Shown here piece after piece: positions 1-12,405 of a DNA stretch of 64,000 nt. The stretch lies in the NCBI GenBank assembly GCA_951406725.2, contig OX597820.1, forward strand, positions 100,440,001 to 100,504,000, written 5' to 3'. The DNA is from Octopus vulgaris (Eukaryota). Every line of letters begins with the position of its first letter. Position 1 is the first letter of the stretch. The notes below the pieces were generated by a model that worked only from the letters and a program-made list of their open reading frames with translations, made no database searches and was not told the DNA's origin. The position numbers and the translations under genes are program-made.

Positions 1-94
1 CAGAGGTTTAGCTCCAGTAAGGCTTATATAACACCTCGTAGTTCATTTCCATCATATTGGTATGATCCAGAGACAAACAGAGTCAAGATATTTG

Positions 95-325
95 TATTTC
101 TTTATTACCCACAAGGGGCTAAACATAGAGGGGACAAACAAGGATAGACATAGGTATTAAGTCGATTACATCGACCCCAATGTGCAACTGGTACTTAATT
201 TATCGACCCCGAAAGGATGAAAGGCAAAGTCGACCTCGCCGGAATTTGAACTCACAACGTAACGACAGACGAAATACCGCTAAGCATTTCGCCCGGCGTG
301 CTAACGTTTCTGCCAGCTCATCGCC
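95..325 (-). mobile_element. Full-length tRNA-derived SINE with 16-bp target-site duplication
   Basis: AGAGTCAAGATATTTG at 79-94 and 326-341; A/B-box-like GGCAGAAACG and GAGTTCAAATTCC on the minus strand; relatives at about 50455-50660, 51300-51510 and 51535-51750. Confidence 0.85.
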
Positions 326-1019
326 AGAGTCAAGATATTTGGTATTAATAATGGTTGTAGGCATGGAAATATGGAAACATCAGTTTTATGTATGACAGAT
401 ATCCACCGGATACTCAAAAAACAAAGGAAAACTAGACAATGTTTTGTTGGAATATGAATTATTTATGTTAGAACGTGCCTGTTGTATGCAAACTGAGTCA
501 GCATAACATTAGCATTGCAACTCTCTCAGACACTCAACATGATGGTTTACTCAGTGTGGTGAGGCATGGAAGTTACTTGTGTTTTTTTTTGTTGCTTGAG
601 AGGAAAATTGAAAGATGGGTACAGGCCAGATGGTATTGATTTTACAGTCAAAAATGTTTTATCCTTTAGCATTTAAACAGGCTATAGCTGGGTATGTGGG
701 TATTTCAAAAATTTCTCAGAGTGACAACCATGCCCTGCATTGTTATGGACTGCCCTTTTGCAAGGCATAGCACCTGTGCAGCCACCCTGAGAGGGATACA
801 GCAATGTCATAGGACAGCAGTATGGTGGATTGTGAAGAGGAAGTGAAAGAGCTCAACTGAGCTAACATTCTTTTTACACTGATGCTGAGCAGAGGAATTC
901 TAAAAGATCAATGGTCAGGATCACCAAGAGAGTAACTGCAATGCATCCATAAGGGTGGCATCCATGGCTGTGTAATCAGTTAATGAAAGATTCACTATGA
1001 TTCAAACTCCCAATTCAAA

Positions 1020-1417
1020 TCTTTATATATAAAAGTGAAGTTGTGTGTCTGTCTCCTACGATTTAGATTCCTAACTACTTCCACATTTTGCGGTGCAGTT
1101 TAACCAAAACTGGGTATCTTATATTCGTGATTCATATCGAGCCCTTCTGGGTATTAGCGCGTGTCTACGATGAGTCTACGATTTAAGAAAAAATTTACCA
1201 TTATTTTTTTACCATTTTAATGCATTTTTTTCGCTATTATATAAGGGAAGTAACTCTCTAAAAATGTCTACGATGAGTCAACGATTTAAAAAAAATTACC
1301 ATCATTTTTTTTGCATTTTTAATGCATTTTTTTGCTATTTTTTGGCTATAACTCTCTAAAAATGCTTATATAGTTATTTCCCTTACAAACCTGAGCAACG
1401 CCGGGCGATACTGCTAG
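1020..1417 (+). mobile_element. Non-autonomous Helitron
   Basis: A|TCTTTATATATAAA 5' end; CCTGAGC-AAC-GCCGGG hairpin then CTAG|T 3' end; no TSD. Confidence 0.8.
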
Positions 1418-1899
1418 TTCATAATAATGGAACCAGATGGAGACAGAGAGTCATGTGAATCTGTGAAAGCAGTGAAAAATAATATCTGGCCCAATTATTT
1501 CAGCTGTTTTATATTCAAACTGGCCAGATTCAGTCTTTTGTCCATACCTTACAATATCATTCTAAAAACAAACAATCATATCAAAGTATCAATGTTTATG
1601 AGATAACATATGTTTAATTCAAAACAATGGGAATAAATAAGCACAATATTTGGCGGAGTAGTCTGAATGCTAAATGGTTAAGAAATTTCCAATCCCTATA
1701 AACAAATGATTGGTAACTCTGCATCTGCACATGGAAAGTGGGTGATATACCCTTCTGAAATGTGCCTAAGTTCCCAGTTTTGATGAAGACAAAAGCACAT
1801 TCTATGCCCAGATGAAAGCTGTACTGAGAAAAATCCCTCAAGTCATGCAAAGTCATCGTCTTAATGGAGGAGCTTCAATGCCAGGACTGGAAGAGACTG

Positions 1900-2038
1900 A
1901 CATCTGTGGAACTCCCTTGAGTGTACTGATATGGTAAAGTTGAATAACAACGATCTCATATTACTAGAACTCTGTAAATAACATGGTCTGTATATTGCCA
2001 GCACCCACTTTATCCACAAAGGTAATTATACAATATGG
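1900..2038 (+). mobile_element. APE-endonuclease fragment of a LINE
   Basis: LNNNDLILLELCK*HGLYIASTHFIHK resembles the RTE endonuclease NG..LL..C....L.I.NT.F motif. Confidence 0.5.
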
Positions 2039-3945
2039 GTGGATGACCATGCTCTAATAGCTGAGTCACTGCCAGAACTAGAGACGAAGTTTAGGGTGCA
2101 GAAGCAAGGTCTAGAATTGAAGGGCCTTAGGGTTCACCTACCAAAAACCAAAGTCTTAGTAAGTAGGAAGGCGGACAAATCACAAACCCCTTCAGGTAGA
2201 TGCTCCTGCTCGATCTGTAGAAAAGGCGTGGGTAGACACTCCATATGATGTACCCGGTGTAAGCTATGGACACATAAAAAGTACAGCAATATCAAAGGAA
2301 GGGTAACCAGAAAGATAGTTTTTGTGTGTGGAAGATGCACAGGGGCAATAAACACTGCAGATGTACAGAAAACAGATTCTATCACATGCCAGGGGGAAAA
2401 CTAGAAGTAGTTGATAGGTTCCGCTACCTAGGCAACCAAGTCTTTAGTGGGGATGGTTGCTCTGAGAGTGTAGTGGCTAGAATAAGAAGAGCCTGGGCAA
2501 AGTTCAGGGAGCTCTTAACTCTGCTGGTAACTAGCCTCTCACTCAGGGTGAAAGGTAGACTGTATGATGCATGTGTGTGAACTGCCATGCTACACGGCAG
2601 TGAGACATGTGCCATGACTGCTGGGGACATGCATAGGCTTGAAAGAAATGAAGCTAGTATGATCCGCTGTATGTTTAATGTCAGTGTGCATACATGACAG
2701 AGCACCTTGAGAGAAAAGTTGGACATAAGAAGCATCAAATGTGGTGTGCAATAGAGACAACTGTGTATGGGCTGGACATACACAGGCATCATACAATCTG
2801 CCTTTCACTCTGACAGAGAGGCCCTTAGTTACTAACAAAGGTAGAAGCTCTCTGAACTTCACCCATCCTACTCTTATCTGAGCAGCTATACTTTCAGAAC
2901 TTCCTCCACCACAGCTAACTTGGTCTCCTAGGTAACAGAAGTTATCTACTACCTCTGATGACCCCACTCCCACACTGAGCATTTGAAGGAACCTATCGTC
3001 TGCATCATCTTTTAGCATCATCTTTTAGCATCCTCTTTCTATGCTGGCATGTGTTGGACAGTCTGACATGGAGTTGGCTAGCAGGGAGCCATCTAGTCTC
3101 CAACTGTTTGTTATGGCATGGTTTCTAGGGATGGATGCCCTTCCCAATGCCAGGAAGACATGGGATGAGGTGGTGAAGCATGACCTTCAAACATTGGGCC
3201 TCACAGAAGCAATGACAGGAGACAGAGACCTTTGGAGATATGCTGTGATTGAGAGGACCCAGCAACTAAAGTGAGATCACAGTCATGGCTGATGCCAGTG
3301 TTGCATGTCCAGCCTATTTAAGAGTACCTTTGATATGCCAGGTGATATGATATGCTTGAGAAGACCTGTTGAATCAAGTAAAACCAAAATTGTAGCTGTG
3401 GCCAGTGTCCCCTGACTGGCTCCTATTCCAGTGACACATAAAATGAATCATCCGAACATAGTCAATGACTGGTCTGCCTGACTGGCTCCTGTGCTGGTGG
3501 CATGTCAATAGCACCATCCAAGCATGGCCGATGCCAGTACCCACTAACTGGCTCCTGTGCCAGTGGCATGTAAAAAGCACTATCCAAGCGTAATTGATGT
3601 CAGGACCGCCTGACTGGCTCTCATGTCAGTGGCATGTAAAAAGCACCATCCGAACATGGCCAATGCCAGTACCCCCTGACTGGCTCCCGTGCCAGTAGCA
3701 CGTAAAAAGCACTATCCGAACATGATTGATGTCAAACCTGCCTGACTGGCTCCTGTGCCGGTGGCACGTACAAAGCACCCACTACACTCTTAGAGTGGTT
3801 GGCGTTAGGAAGGGTATCCAGCTGTAGAAACATTGCCAGAGTAGATTGGAGCTTGGTGCAGCCGCTGGCTCTCCAGACCTCAGTCAAACCGTCCAGCCTA
3901 TGCCAGCATGGAAAACAAACATTAGACGATGATGATGATGATGAT
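2038..3945 (+). mobile_element. RTE-clade LINE 3' part (RT C-terminus, inserted Cys/His finger, 3'UTR tandem repeat, (GAT)n tail)
   Basis: DDHALIAES, GLRVHLPKTKV, CSICRKGVG, FRYLG, SLRVKGRLYDACV, RKTWDEVVKHDL; ends in GATGATGAT. Confidence 0.85.
3412..3780 (+). repeat. About six copies of a 66-bp minisatellite in the RTE 3'UTR
   Basis: CTGACTGGCTCC-like starts at about 3412, 3478, 3544, 3610, 3676 and 3742. Confidence 0.85.
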
Positions 3946-4002
3946 GTATCCGAGGTCCGATGTTTAGTATTACTTGGATTATGTAAACATTCACAAACAT
4001 GC

Positions 4003-5205
4003 TATCATCATCATCATCATCTTTTAGCATCCTCTTTCTATGCTTGCATGTGTTGGACAGTCTGACATGGAGTTGGCTAGCAGGGAGCCATCTAATCTCC
4101 AACTGTTTGTTGTGGCATGGTTTCTATGGCTGGATGCCTTTCCAAATGCCAACCACCTAATAGAGTGTGCTGGGTGCTTTTTTCATGCCACCAGTATGGG
4201 TGTGCTTATGTAGCACCAGCACAGGTGTGTTAACACAGCACTGGTATGGGTGCTTTTTTAAGTGGCACAAGCCCCTGAAGGACAAGCCAGCAAGTGAAGA
4301 AGACAGTGATTTTACTTAGCTTAATGTGTCTTATGAAGTACAGCAAATCACAACATCTCCTGGTCCCTTGTCAATTCCTCAGTGAGGCCCAGTGTCCAAA
4401 GATCCTTTCGCATCACCTCATCCCATGTCTTCCTGGGTCTACCATTTCCACAGGTATCCTCCATAATTAGAGCTTGGCACTTCTTTATGCAACTGTTCTC
4501 ATCCATATGCATCACATGACCAAACCAGCACAGTCTTCTCTCTTGCATACAACATCTGATGCCTCTTACACCCAGATTTCCTCTTAAATCATTTACACTC
4601 TGTTGTGCATGCACACTGACATTACCCAACCAGCGGAGCATGCTAGCTTAATTTCTTTCAAGCTTTCACAGGTCCTCAGTCAAAGTCCAAGCTTCACTGC
4701 CATGCAACATAGCTGTACATACACAGGCATCATACAATCTGCCTTTCACTCTGAGGGAGAGGCCCTTAGTTATTAACAAAGTTAGAAGCTCTCTGAACTT
4801 CACCTGTCCTACTCTTATCTGAGCAGCTACACTTTCAGAACTTCCTCCACCACTGCTAACTTGGTCTCCTAGGTAACAGAAGTTATCTACTACCTCTGAT
4901 GACCCCCTCCCACCCCGAGCATTTGAAGGAACCTATCGTCTGCATAGTTTTAGAGCTTATTGTACCTGCACATTTTCTACACACAAAGACTATATGCTCT
5001 GTTAACCTTCTTTTGATGCCACTACACTTCTTATGTGTCCAAAGCTTGCACTCAGCACAGCATTTGGAGTTTCTAATAACACCTTTCTTACATATCAAGC
5101 AAGGCCATCCCCTGGAAGGGACTTGTGATATGTCTGTTTCCCAACTTACTAGGACTTTGGTTGATGCTAAATTAACTCAAAGGCCCTTAGATTCCAGGCC
5201 TTATC
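4003..5205 (-). mobile_element. Second RTE LINE copy, tail-to-tail with the first
   Basis: Minus-strand RRLCWFGHVMHM, GRPRKTWDEV, ICKKGV..CAECKLWTHKKC; (CAT)n tail at about 4003-4020. Confidence 0.85.
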
Positions 5206-5619
5206 AATAATGTGAAGGCCCTTCATACCTCAAAATATTGGATGAATCATTGTCAATGTGAACAAAGCTCCAGCTCTTAGTCTGGGGGAGGAAAAGTAGA
5301 GGGGCAGTATGACTCTTTTAATTGTAAGAGATGATCTTCATTAAACATGAATGAACAGCCATCATATGTGTATGTAATTATTCAGTTTATTTCAAGATTT
5401 CCTGACAACAAAGAAAGAACTGGTTTCTAACCTAGATCCAAGGCTCCTTCATTGGAATTTCAGCATCAACACTGGGGTATGTATGTATGTATGTATGTAT
5501 GTATGTATGTATGTATGTATGTATGTATGTGTGAGTGTGTATATGTATGTATTCATGTGTGTGTATATGTATGTATGTATGTATGTATGTATGCATGTAT
5601 GTATGCATGTGTGCATGTA

Positions 5620-6108
5620 CGTATGAGATGCTCATATATATTTAAATGATAAACTTTTGGAAAGTTTTACAGATTTTTACAATTCCAGTGATGGATTGGA
5701 TCTGTAGTCTTCAAATTAGGTTTTTCTTTTCAGGTTTTGAGAAGCCTAATTTCTCAAGATTGGTATTTAGGCAGTGTGTTACATATCTCCGAGCCCCAAT
5801 AATTACAGGTATAAACGTGAACTTGTAATCTGGATAGAGTAACTGCAGATTTCTCAATAGTTCAGCATAGGTGTTCTCTTTTTCACTGATCTTCAGCTTT
5901 ATGTTAACATCCGCTGGGCAGCTAATTTCCACAACAGTGCACAGTTTCCTTTCTCTATCCCAGATCATTATATCAGGTCTATTGTGTTTACATTTTATTC
6001 AAGTTTCCACTGGGACATTCCACCAGCACTCCTTTTTATTATGAGTGGCTATGGCTTCTACCATACTGTGGGTTCTTATTTCTTTGTCCTCGGGGTTATC
6101 CTTCCACA
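5620..6108 (-). mobile_element. 3' end of a restriction-like-endonuclease non-LTR element (R4/Dong-like)
   Basis: CWWNVPV...HNRPDIMIWDRERKLCTVVEISCP...KENTYAEL...IPVIIGA: PD-(D/E)xK RLE domain; the 3' end abuts (CATA)n. Confidence 0.8.
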
Positions 6109-6534
6109 TAAAAGAGATGGTACCATGTAAAAACACCTGTGCAATGCCATGTAAAAGCACCCAGCACACTCTGTAAAGTGGCTGGTTTTGGGAAGGGCAT
6201 CCAGCTGTAGAAACCATACCAAATTAGACTGGAGCCTGATGCAGTTGTGCGAGAGACCAAGAAAACTCTTTGTAACACCAAAGATAAACTGAAGACAATG
6301 ATTATGGCAGCAATCACCAACTTAAACAAGGAGAGCATCCAGAAGAGTTGCAGGAGATTCTGAAGTCGTCTAAGGGCCATGGTTGAAGCCAATGATGATT
6401 TTATTGAATAAATTTATTCTTTAGTATTCTTTAGATATTTTTATGTAATTTTGGTAAATATATGTTAAAATGTGATGTCAGTGTTATTTTCATTTTTGCA
6501 TAATTCAGATAACAATTTATTTACCGCACCCTAT

Positions 6535-6547
6535 ATATATATATCTA

Positions 6548-6583
<36 letters not shown>

Positions 6584-6718
6584 TGTATGTATGTATGTAT
6601 GTATGTATGTATGTATGTGTGTGTGTATGTATGTATGTATGTATGTGTGTGTATATATATATATACATATATATATATATACACACACATACACACACAC
6701 ACACACACACACATATAC
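6535..6718. repeat. Compound (TA)/(TATG)/(TG)/(CA) microsatellite; similar tracts at 5478-5625, 37245-37452, 38045-38312, 50361-50447, 54762-54858, 58165-58290 and 62050-62170
   Basis: Direct inspection; these generate the YI/CV/HT-repeat ORFs. Confidence 0.95.
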
Positions 6719-8316
6719 TAACTTAAAAGCTGCACTTCATGCACACTCTTAGGCTAGCCCCTGCAGAGGGCTATTATGTCTACAGCCCAAAACTAAAGAG
6801 AGCTAAATAAAATGACTATATGTCTATAATGACTATATTCCCTGGTAGTGCTTCATCAGAGGTTAAGGATGAATGAGAATTAATTCTGTCATGCAATCAT
6901 TATATTGTTCCAGTCCCAAGTTGAATTCTAACTGTTGGTCAATCTGTCCCAATGTTCCTATCTCAATATAAAATCAATGAAGCGAAAGTTAATTATCTCC
7001 CCCTTGATCTCTGACATTATTTGACAAATGCCACCAAGATGGTGTGAGTCAGTCAAGCTTTACCTGCTTGAAATAGCAATCCAAATGCTTTTAAATCAGA
7101 TCTCAATGCTGGATGTTCAAGAACCCAATGAAGGACAGATTTTCAATCCTGGGATCATCCTGATTCCAAAAAGGTAGAATATGTCTATGTAGAGCAAATG
7201 TAGGCTGATATACAAGGGGCTGGACAGACAGAATTTCACTTTTATTATTATAGATGACACTTATTCTATCAGTCTCTTTTGTTGAAATTGTTAAATTATG
7301 GGGACACAAACACTACAACACTTGTTGTCAAACAGTGACAAATAACAAACACAGCCACAAAGACATGGACATATAGATAGATAGATATATTATCTGAAAT
7401 ATATAGTATTATATATCCATCATGGCTGATCTTACAAAACTCTTACTGGCCTCACAGCATACCCAACCAAGGGGCATAACTCCTAAACTAATCCCTTAAC
7501 CCTCTTTCATATCACTACCCTTTTTCACAGCAGCTACTGAGAAGTTGTGTTAATCCACCTCCAACAATGGAACAGTCACCATATTCTCTTCCATATCAGC
7601 TAACCCTGATGAGTGTAAGGCTATGTAATCGGATTGTTACCTAACACTCCATTGTATTTCTTGTGTGAAAGGTCAACCGTGATGGATATATAATACTATA
7701 TATTTCAGATAATATACCCACTGTATTGACAGACATATGAGTGCATCTTTTCCCTGACAAATGGTTTCTTAGATGACTCACACATGCATGTCCACACTGC
7801 CACAAAATGTAGTGTGCATTGCAATAGGTCCTCCACAACTTGTGCTATATATATGTATGTATAGGTATATATGACATATGAGACATTTGACAAGCTTTTT
7901 TCAGTTTCCACCTACCAAATCCATTCAAAAGGCTTTGGTTGGCCCAATGCTATAGCAAAAGATACTTGCCCAACATGCTGCACAGTAGGACTGAACCCAA
8001 AACCATGTGGTTCAGAAGCAAGCTTCTTATCACACAGCCACACCTGCACCTTGTTATTCAAGTACATTTAATAATTGTTTAATTTAGAGTGTGTTGACCA
8101 AAGTGACCACCCCTGGTGGGAAATGCTTTGGAAGAAAAGGTTCTGCAAAATCAATATTGTACCTGTGTTAGCCATGTAATTTGTGAAAAACAGTAAACTG
8201 AAATAAATGTTTGATAATAATTATATTTGCATAGTGGATTGGGTTAGGGTAAAGGTTAAAGACCCCTTCAGTCATGAAGGACCATGGGATTGCACCTAGA
8301 AGGTTACCCTCTAAGG

Positions 8317-8516
8317 CAGTGGTTTTCAACCAGGGTTCCGCCAGTACAGTCCAGGGGTTCCGCAAGAAGTTACAAAACTGCTAAAATCGGCAGTAATTTT
8401 TAATTCTCCTGTGCAGATATGTGTGCATAAGACTATTAAATTATTGCACAGGGGTTCCTCGAGCCAGTGGAATGTTTCCTTGGGGTTCCGCTCCGCAAAA
8501 AGTTTGAAAAGCACTG
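8317..8516. mobile_element. 200-bp hAT (Charlie-type) MITE inserted into a SINE
   Basis: TIRs CAGTGGTTTTCAA / TTGAAAAGCACTG; exact 8-bp TSD CTCTAAGG at 8309-8316 and 8517-8524. Confidence 0.9.
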
Positions 8517-8919
8517 CTCTAAGGCATATGACCAGGCAAGATTGTCTATGGAAGACCAGTAGTTGCCCATGAGTGGTACACCAAAAGAGCTCTTTGTTGC
8601 TAATTAAAAGAACTCGAGTTGAGATTGCATGAATCAAGCATAAGAAAAATGTATCAGACTTTTGACTAATTTTAATTTTATTGCTCTATTTAAAATATGA
8701 AATAAAATGTAATTTTTTTCACGCGTATAAATTCAATTTGTACAAATTATGTACAACCAGATATTAAACGACTTAAAATATTATTTGATTAATTATCTCA
8801 AGTATTATTTATGATATTTTAATGAAACATGAACATTTTTTTTCCACTGGATTCTTTCGTAAGCCAAAATTTTGCTTTTCTTTTTTTTTCTTCTTCTCTG
8901 TGATTATATCTGTTCCAGA

Positions 8920-9132
8920 ATAGTTTACGATTCTGCTCGCGACTCTTTCACTTTATTAAGAAATTGAAACGAAATTTAAACTCAAGGGAAATAAGCACTA
9001 AGAAGAGTATGAGTTATCTGTCCTTGAGTATATTCGCGCTTCCTGTATGTCACAACACCATTTTCCACGAAGATCTATATCGATACTTTAGGAAACTTAA
9101 TTTATGAACAGTTTTTGGTTATTTTATTGATT
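8920..9132 (+). promoter_or_regulatory. Probable EXD1 core promoter / 5'UTR
   Basis: Local CpG enrichment in a CpG-poor background directly upstream of the ATG; GCTCGCGACT, CGCGCTTCCT (ETS-like) and TATCGATA (DRE-like, 9078-9085). TSS not determinable. Confidence 0.4.
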
Positions 9133-9247
9133 ATGAATCCCGAAAAATGTTTGGGTCGGTCTGCAACAGTGGTGCTTCGAGAGGGAACCTATCATGGCAT
9201 TATAAGTCGTTTAGACAGTGTTAGTCGGCGAATAACTCTTCGAGATG
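9133..9247 (+). CDS. EXD1: EXD1 exon 1 (MNPEKCLGRSATVVLREGTYHGIISRLDSVSRRITLRD; Sm1-like)
   Basis: ATG at 9133, donor G|GTAAG at 9247/9248, phase 1; G-x-I-x-x-x-D-x(4)-ITL pattern typical of Sm/LSm folds. Confidence 0.85.
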
Positions 9248-10459
9248 GTAAGATTTTCTTATTCTTTGCTCTTCTTTCGTCTGGGAATATTTGGGATATT
9301 TTGCTTAAGCATACGATTAAAGTAGAATTTATATTTTCTCAAGCATCATTTGAATGTTATTTTTTTTTGGTTTGATTTAGTTTTAGTTATTTTCTAACCG
9401 GAAGCTTTAGATTTATATCATTTAAAATGCTTTGCAATATTTAGTTTCGATTTATTACGCTTCGTAGTAAGATACCACCGAGGTCTAGCATTAGTCGATA
9501 TAATTGAAATAAACATTCTCTGAGGCCTTGTGACTATATTGGAACACAAAATTATATGTTATTTCTATTTTAACGCTGAAATACCCGCAAAACATGGACA
9601 CATCGCAATGTATGTGTAACACGTGTGATACGACAGAGTTGTGACAAGTAGATAATTTACGGATGTAGTGAAATATTTGATAAATGATCGTATATATGTA
9701 TTACAGATTTTCTGCACTGGCAGTCTTACTTAGTGGAACTTGTACGTTCTACTCCTTAAATACTTAGATCCATGCAATAATTTATTGGCATTAAGTTGGG
9801 AAAGGCTTTAATCTTAGGCTCTTCCTTCCCGGATCTGGAATATAGGTCGTCGACGACTTTCCTAGGTAGGAGTGTTGACCCCACGCAATCCCATTTTTAG
9901 TTTTAGGAAGTGATGGTCCATATTTGTCTGGCCTCTATCCTTTGACCTGTCCAACATGAGAGACCCTACCTGGAGCTTAGGCTCCGCTTGCATTGCTTTC
10001 TGGATCATTAAAGTACACAAGTCACCATACCTCAACAAGGACTGGACATTGTGGACTTGATAATGGCGAATCTGACAGGTTAAACAAAAGAATTATAAGT
10101 GTACAATCCGAAAACAATAGAATTGGACGTGAAGACTGAGGTTTCGATCCTTGGTCATGAATCTCCTGTATATCTCTTACAAGTGGTTGTGATTGGTGTT
10201 TTGAGTTACTGGTCCCTTGGTTGGTTGTCTGTTACCTTATGGTTGCACTATTTTGTGCCCTCAAGGAGCAAAATAGTTGTTATGAACTTCTTTCTGGCAG
10301 GATGAGTCAGTTGAGGCCTATGAGTGAAACCAGAATTTCGTTCTCAATCTTACACATAGGATCCTGAAGAAACTAATAGCAATTTGTGTAATGTTCATTC
10401 AAAAGTGAAACTTTTAAGAACGATAACTAATAATTTATGCATTTTCGTTTCTTTTTCAG

Positions 10460-10528
10460 TATGTGACCCTGTTAGTGGCAGAAAATATCCTGGACCTCGC
10501 CATTTCTATGTTGTAGAAATTTTGGAAA
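10460..10528 (+). CDS. EXD1: EXD1 exon 2 (VCDPVSGRKYPGPRHFYVVEILE; Sm2-like)
   Basis: Polypyrimidine tract ttttcgtttctttttcAG, donor A|GTAAGT, phase 1/1. Confidence 0.85.
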
Positions 10529-11851
10529 GTAAGTTTGTTTTTTTTTGTTTTCATTTCAAACTCAAAAACCATGAGTTATTGTTTGCCAGGAATTTATGAA
10601 AATAACCAAGATGGCTTGGTAATAAATGTCAGATTATGTAATTAACAAGTAGGGAACCTCAACACAGTCCCTTGACCTGTTAGAAACATCAGCCCTCATC
10701 ATCATCATTTAACGTCCACTTTCCATGCTAGCATGGGTTGGACGATTTGACTGAGGTCTGGCGAACCAGACTCTAATCTGATCTGGCAGAGTTTCTACTG
10801 CTGGATGCCCTTCCTAACACCAACCACTCTGAGAGTGTAGTGGGTGCTTTTATGTGCCACCAGCACGAGAGCCAGTTTGGTGGTACTGGCAACGGCCACG
10901 CCCAAATGGTGCTTTTTATGTGCCACCTCTTCAAATCATATCCTGCTGTTTTGTGAAAAGACACAGTAGACAATGCTGTCCTAGATAGAGAAAAGTATAG
11001 TATAGTCATGGCTGGGATTACTCAATGAGTCACATAGACTTATAGAGTCAGTTTCCATGACATACATATTCTCTACCTGGATGAGACACCATCCATGGCT
11101 GGGATGCCTTTGTAAATTTGCTCACTCAAGGCTGACATGAACTAAAAGGCAACAGTATTGAGGTTGTGACTCAGCTTTATATTTGATGTTAGTTGCATAT
11201 AGTACTTGACTAGATACAAGGTCAAGTTTCATTAAGAGAGTAAACTTCTTTACACTACAAGCATACCTGCACCTGGGACCCAACAGCATTTTCAGGTTCA
11301 GTACAACTACATTGTTTCAAGCCACGCAATGACACCTTGGGCAAGCGTCTTCTTCTATAGCCCCAGACCAGGCGAAGTTTGGTTAACATATATATATATA
11401 CTTTTTGCTTATTTCAGTCATTAGACTGTAGCCATGCTGGGACACCACCTTGAATTTTTAGTCAAATGAATCAACCCCAGTACTTTTTCGCTATGCCTGA
11501 TACTTGTTCTATCTGTCTTTTTTGCTGAACTGCTAAGTTACAGGGATGTAAACATACTCACGTCAGTTGTCAAGGAGTGGTGTGGAACAAACACTGACAC
11601 AAAGACACGCACATATATATGACGGGCTTCTTCCAGTTTCTGTCTACCAAAACCACTCACAAGGCTTTAGTAGAAGACACTTCCCAAGGTTCCAAGCAGT
11701 GCGACTGAACCTGGAACCATATGTTTGGGAAGCAAGCTTCTTACCACACAGCCACACCTATGCCTATATATAGATATATATATATATAAATACTTTATTT
11801 AAAAGCAGTAGAAATTCAACAAAACCTGTTACTCTGAGTTTCACGTTTGTT

Positions 11852-11905
11852 AACAAAAACTGTCCGACGAACGGGAACGTGAAACTCAGAGTAACAGGTT
11901 TTGTT
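11852..11905 (+). ncRNA. Hammerhead motif variant (same family as 49279) in EXD1 intron 2
   Basis: AACAAAAACUGU-CCGACGA-ACGggaaCGU-GAAAC-UCAGA-GUA^ACAGGUUUUGUU; core carries U4C; sits in a 57-bp inverted repeat. Confidence 0.65.
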
Positions 11906-12350
11906 GAATTTCTGCTCCTTTTAAATAAAGCATATTACTCTACCCCTGGTATTTGAGTACTCTTTTTTCCACCTTGTTTCACATTTATGTGTTTACTCCA
12001 GTATATATATAAATATATACATTTGAATGAGGAAGGACTTTGTAGTCTTCCTCCAGTTAATAGGATGTCTTAGAAGCCTACATTGTTTGTTCACCTCTCA
12101 ACTTCTTGTGTACAGGTTGTGTCAGAGCATGTTTTCATGTTACATTGTTCCCAAGTGTAATGACTGCAACCAGGAGTAAAGATATACGTGGAGTGAGTGA
12201 GTTAAATGTCTCAATGATAAAAACTAGGGTTTTGTTTCCATTTTATAGCCCTCATATACTTGAGGACATTGCTTTAAAACCAAGATATTTTCTCACGCTT
12301 ATCAAACAGGTTTCATATTACATCTGGATTAACTTGTATATCTTTTTCAG

Positions 12351-12405
12351 TGAAATTTGATGTTGATAATGAATATCCTGAAGAAGATGCAACACAGAGT
12401 GACAC
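12351..12405 (+). CDS. EXD1: EXD1 exon 3 (MKFDVDNEYPEEDATQSD)
   Basis: tctttttcAG acceptor, AC|GTGAG donor, phase 1/2, open frame. Confidence 0.75.

Noticed and set aside
7595-7690. CTGATGA followed by a possible stem (hammerhead-like); similar remnants at about 5415-5460, 24540, 48950-49020 and 62260-62295
   Set aside because: GAAA core or cleavage triplet missing or misplaced; at best decayed pLTR remnants
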